Part shown: positions 13,139 to 15,541 of the stretch, piece after piece
Layout of the letters: each line of letters begins with the position of its first letter
Numbering within the stretch: the first letter of the stretch is position 1
Notes under the pieces: model-generated
Seen by the model: only the letters and a program-made list of their open reading frames with translations
What the model was told of the DNA's origin: nothing
Databases searched by the model: none
Origin: Chthoniobacteraceae bacterium
GTDB taxonomy: Bacteria > Verrucomicrobiota > Verrucomicrobiia > Chthoniobacterales > Chthoniobacteraceae
Reading direction: 5' to 3'
DNA length: 15,541 bases
Assembly: GCA_031409335.1 (NCBI GenBank)
Contig: JANNWY010000046.1
Location: 1 to 15,541, forward strand
Position numbers and translations under genes: made by a program

Positions 13139-15406
13139 ATGCCCGCCCATCTCGTCGTCCTCAGCGGTCTGCCTCCGAGGGCGGTCGCGCTGCCCGAGGG
13201 TTCGATCGTGGCGGGCCGCGCGCCGGAGGTGGATTTTCCGCTGGCGCATGTCGAGATTTCGCGCCGGCACTGCCGCTTCACCTGCGAAGGCGAAGTCTGC
13301 ACCGTCACCGACCTCGGCAGTGTTTGCGGCACCACGGTGAATGGGACGCGGATCGAAGATTCCGTCGCGCTGAAATCGGGCGATCGCATTGGCATCGGGC
13401 CCGTTGTGATTGCCTTTGGAACCGGCGAGCCGCCACTCATCGAGGAAGGCGCCGCCGGAACGGTCATGGCGAGAATGCTCGTGATGGGCAAGCCGGCGGA
13501 TCGCATCGCGGTCGCGAAGGAAATGGTGATCGGTCGCGATCCGCGCGTGGATGTCGTGCTCACCGATCCCGGCGTGTCGCGGCGTCATGCGTGCGTGCGC
13601 CCCGTGCCGGGCGGCGGTTGTGTGGTGGCGGATTTGGAAAGCAGCGGCGGTTCGTTCATCAACGGGCTGCGCTTTGACGAGCGTCCGCTCACGGTCGGCG
13701 ACCGGCTGCAAATCGGGCCGTTCTTTTTTCAATACGACGGCGAATCGCTCGCGCTCGTGAACAACGCGTCGGGCGGCTCGCTGAGCGTCGTCGGTGTGTG
13801 CAATCGCACCGCAACACTCACGATTCTCGACGACTTCACGTTCACGATTCCGCCGTCGCGTTTCGTCGGAATCATCGGGCCGAGCGGCGCGGGAAAGTCG
13901 TCGCTGCTGCACGCCATCGCGGGTCTGCGCTCGCCGACCGTGGGCGTGGTGCTGGTGGATGGCGTCAATGTTTACGACGCGAATGCCGCGCCATCGTTTG
14001 GCTTCGTGCCGCAGGATGACATCGTCCATCCCGAATTGACGGTGATCGAGGCGCTGCGCTTCAGCGCGCTGCTGCGGCTGCCGCGCGCGACGCCGCGGCT
14101 CGAGATGGAGAAACTGATCGCGCAAACGCTCGATCAACTCCGGCTCGCGCAGCGTGCGAACAATCCGATCACCCGCCTCTCCGGCGGCCAGCGCAAGCGC
14201 GTCAGCGTCGGCGTCGAGTTGCTCGCGAAGCCCTCCATCCTTTTCCTCGACGAGCCCACTTCCGGCCTCGATCCCGCCACGGAATTTCAGATCATGGAAT
14301 TGCTGCGCGATCTCGCGGACACCGGCTGCACTATCGTCTGCACCACGCACGTCATGGAAAACGCGTATCTGATGGACCAGATGATGGTGCTCGTGAGCGG
14401 ATGCCTCGCGTTTCAGGGCTCGCCGCAGGAAGCGCGCGACTATTTCGACGTGTCGAAACTCTCCGCGCTTTACGATCGCCTCGACGAGCGGCCCGCGAAA
14501 ACGTGGCAGCAGGATTTTCGCGAAAAATTCCCAGACCGCACCACCCCCGCCAGCGAGACGCGCCCAGCTGCCGCACCGCGCCCCGGCCCGCGCCGCCGCT
14601 TCGCCCTGCCGATCCTGCTTCACCGGCAGTGGGCCATCCTGCGCTCCGACTGGCGAAACTTTCTGATCCTGCTCGGCCAGCCCGTCATCATCGCGGCGCT
14701 GGTCTGCTGGGTGTCGAATGAGCGCGCGCTCATCATGTTCTTCGCCTACCTCGCGACGCTTTGGTTTGGCTGTAGCAATGCCGCGCAGGAGATCGTGAAG
14801 GAAATCGCGATCTACCGGCGCGAACGGCTCATTGGCATCGGCGCGCATTCCTATCTCATCGCCAAATTCCATTTCCTGATTGTCCTTTCGTGTTTCCAAG
14901 CCTTCGTCATCTACGGCTGCGTGTTGTGGTTTGAAGGCGGACGCGATGGCTCGGTGTCCTGGCAAATCATGGCACTGGTCGGCAGCGCCATCGCCGGCGT
15001 AGGCATCGGCAGTGCCATCTCCGCGCTCGCGCGTTCGGTGATGCAGGCAGTGATGATCGTGCCGCTCGTGCTCATCCCGCTGATCATTTTCTCCGGCTAC
15101 ACCGTGACACCTTCAGCCATGGAGGAAGCGTCCCCGAAGGTGCTTGCCGTGGCAAAGCTAACGCCCACATTTTCCGCGCAGACGGTGATGGATACGAGCT
15201 TCCTCTGGCAGCGCGAACTTGAAGGCGAACTCATGCGCGACCACGGCCAGTCGCTCCGCAACCTCGACCCGGAACGTGAACTCAGCACCGGCGATACCTA
15301 TGCCAGGGCAAAGCCTGCCTGGTATGCGCTGCTGGGTCACGGATGGTGGCTGGCTGGCAGCTATCTCACCGCATGGCTTGCCTTGCGGAAGAAGGAACGA
15401 CGCTAA
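13139..15406 (+). CDS. FHA-FHA-ATPase-ABC2 permease fusion (Rv1747-like ABC exporter), about 755 aa
   Basis: Two FHA domains (GR..SRRH), Walker A GPSGAGKS, Q-loop FVPQDD, signature LSGGQ, Walker B FLDEP, H-loop TTH and about six C-terminal TM helices. The ATG at 13139 is preferred over the TTG at 13085, which lies in the repeat. Confidence 0.94.
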   Translation: MPAHLVVLSGLPPRAVALPEGSIVAGRAPEVDFPLAHVEISRRHCRFTCEGEVCTVTDLGSVCGTTVNGTRIEDSVALKSGDRIGIGPVVIAFGTGEPPLIEEGAAGTVMARMLVMGKPADRIAVAKEMVIGRDPRVDVVLTDPGVSRRHACVRPVPGGGCVVADLESSGGSFINGLRFDERPLTVGDRLQIGPFFFQYDGESLALVNNASGGSLSVVGVCNRTATLTILDDFTFTIPPSRFVGIIGPSGAGKSSLLHAIAGLRSPTVGVVLVDGVNVYDANAAPSFGFVPQDDIVHPELTVIEALRFSALLRLPRATPRLEMEKLIAQTLDQLRLAQRANNPITRLSGGQRKRVSVGVELLAKPSILFLDEPTSGLDPATEFQIMELLRDLADTGCTIVCTTHVMENAYLMDQMMVLVSGCLAFQGSPQEARDYFDVSKLSALYDRLDERPAKTWQQDFREKFPDRTTPASETRPAAAPRPGPRRRFALPILLHRQWAILRSDWRNFLILLGQPVIIAALVCWVSNERALIMFFAYLATLWFGCSNAAQEIVKEIAIYRRERLIGIGAHSYLIAKFHFLIVLSCFQAFVIYGCVLWFEGGRDGSVSWQIMALVGSAIAGVGIGSAISALARSVMQAVMIVPLVLIPLIIFSGYTVTPSAMEEASPKVLAVAKLTPTFSAQTVMDTSFLWQRELEGELMRDHGQSLRNLDPERELSTGDTYARAKPAWYALLGHGWWLAGSYLTAWLALRKKERR

Positions 15407-15541
15407 CAGCCTGTTGAAAAACCTTCCAACAAGGCAGAGCTAGAAGGATAGATTGAGGCAATATGTTTGAGCGACGCGAAGACAGCGAAAAACAAAAAGA
15501 ACTCTGGGTGCTTGCAGGAGAGTTACCCGAAGCCACGCCCG
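15407..15541 (+). mobile_element. Left end of a probable IS5/IS1182-type insertion sequence, truncated by the window end
   Basis: CAGCCTGTTGAAAAA begins immediately after the TAA of the ABC gene (context CTAA). The sequence becomes abruptly A-rich and a transposase-like ORF follows. Confidence 0.7.
15463..15541 (+). CDS. Probable transposase N-terminus (partial)
   Basis: GAGG at 15455-15458, then ATG at 15463 reading MFERREDSEKQKELWVLAGELPEATP, open to the window end. It resembles the Q-x-x-L-W...E-L-P start of DUF772/IS1182-like transposases (from recall). Confidence 0.6.
   Translation, partial: MFERREDSEKQKELWVLAGELPEATP

Noticed and set aside
12926..14965. 679-aa antisense ORF, and likewise 2860-4110 (+) and 11433-12203 (-)
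   Set aside because: These are shadow ORFs opposite well-supported genes.

Overview
GC-rich bacterial window. The gene content (PEP-CTERM adhesin with autotransporter-associated beta-strand repeats, Planctomycete-type cytochrome c domain) suggests a PVC-superphylum genome, probably Verrucomicrobiota; this is inference. The first 2.6 kb is a repeat-dense accessory region. A vapBC-type toxin-antitoxin pair lies between two ~163-bp direct repeats, each with a REP-like hairpin, and is bounded by a recurring GGAAAGGG-TCG-GTCCG(TGCATRTGTGCAAAA) motif. Several other palindromic elements and a convergent second TA pair with a frameshifted PemK/MazF toxin follow. Next come a secreted cytochrome c/FGE-fold protein, a yeast-type cytosine deaminase, a 2100-aa PEP-CTERM surface protein, an RluA-family pseudouridine synthase, a Zn-ribbon/TM/OmpA-domain protein and an Rv1747-like FHA-FHA-ABC exporter. 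The window ends inside the left end of a probable IS5/IS1182-type element. All calls come from reading motifs by eye; no database search was run.
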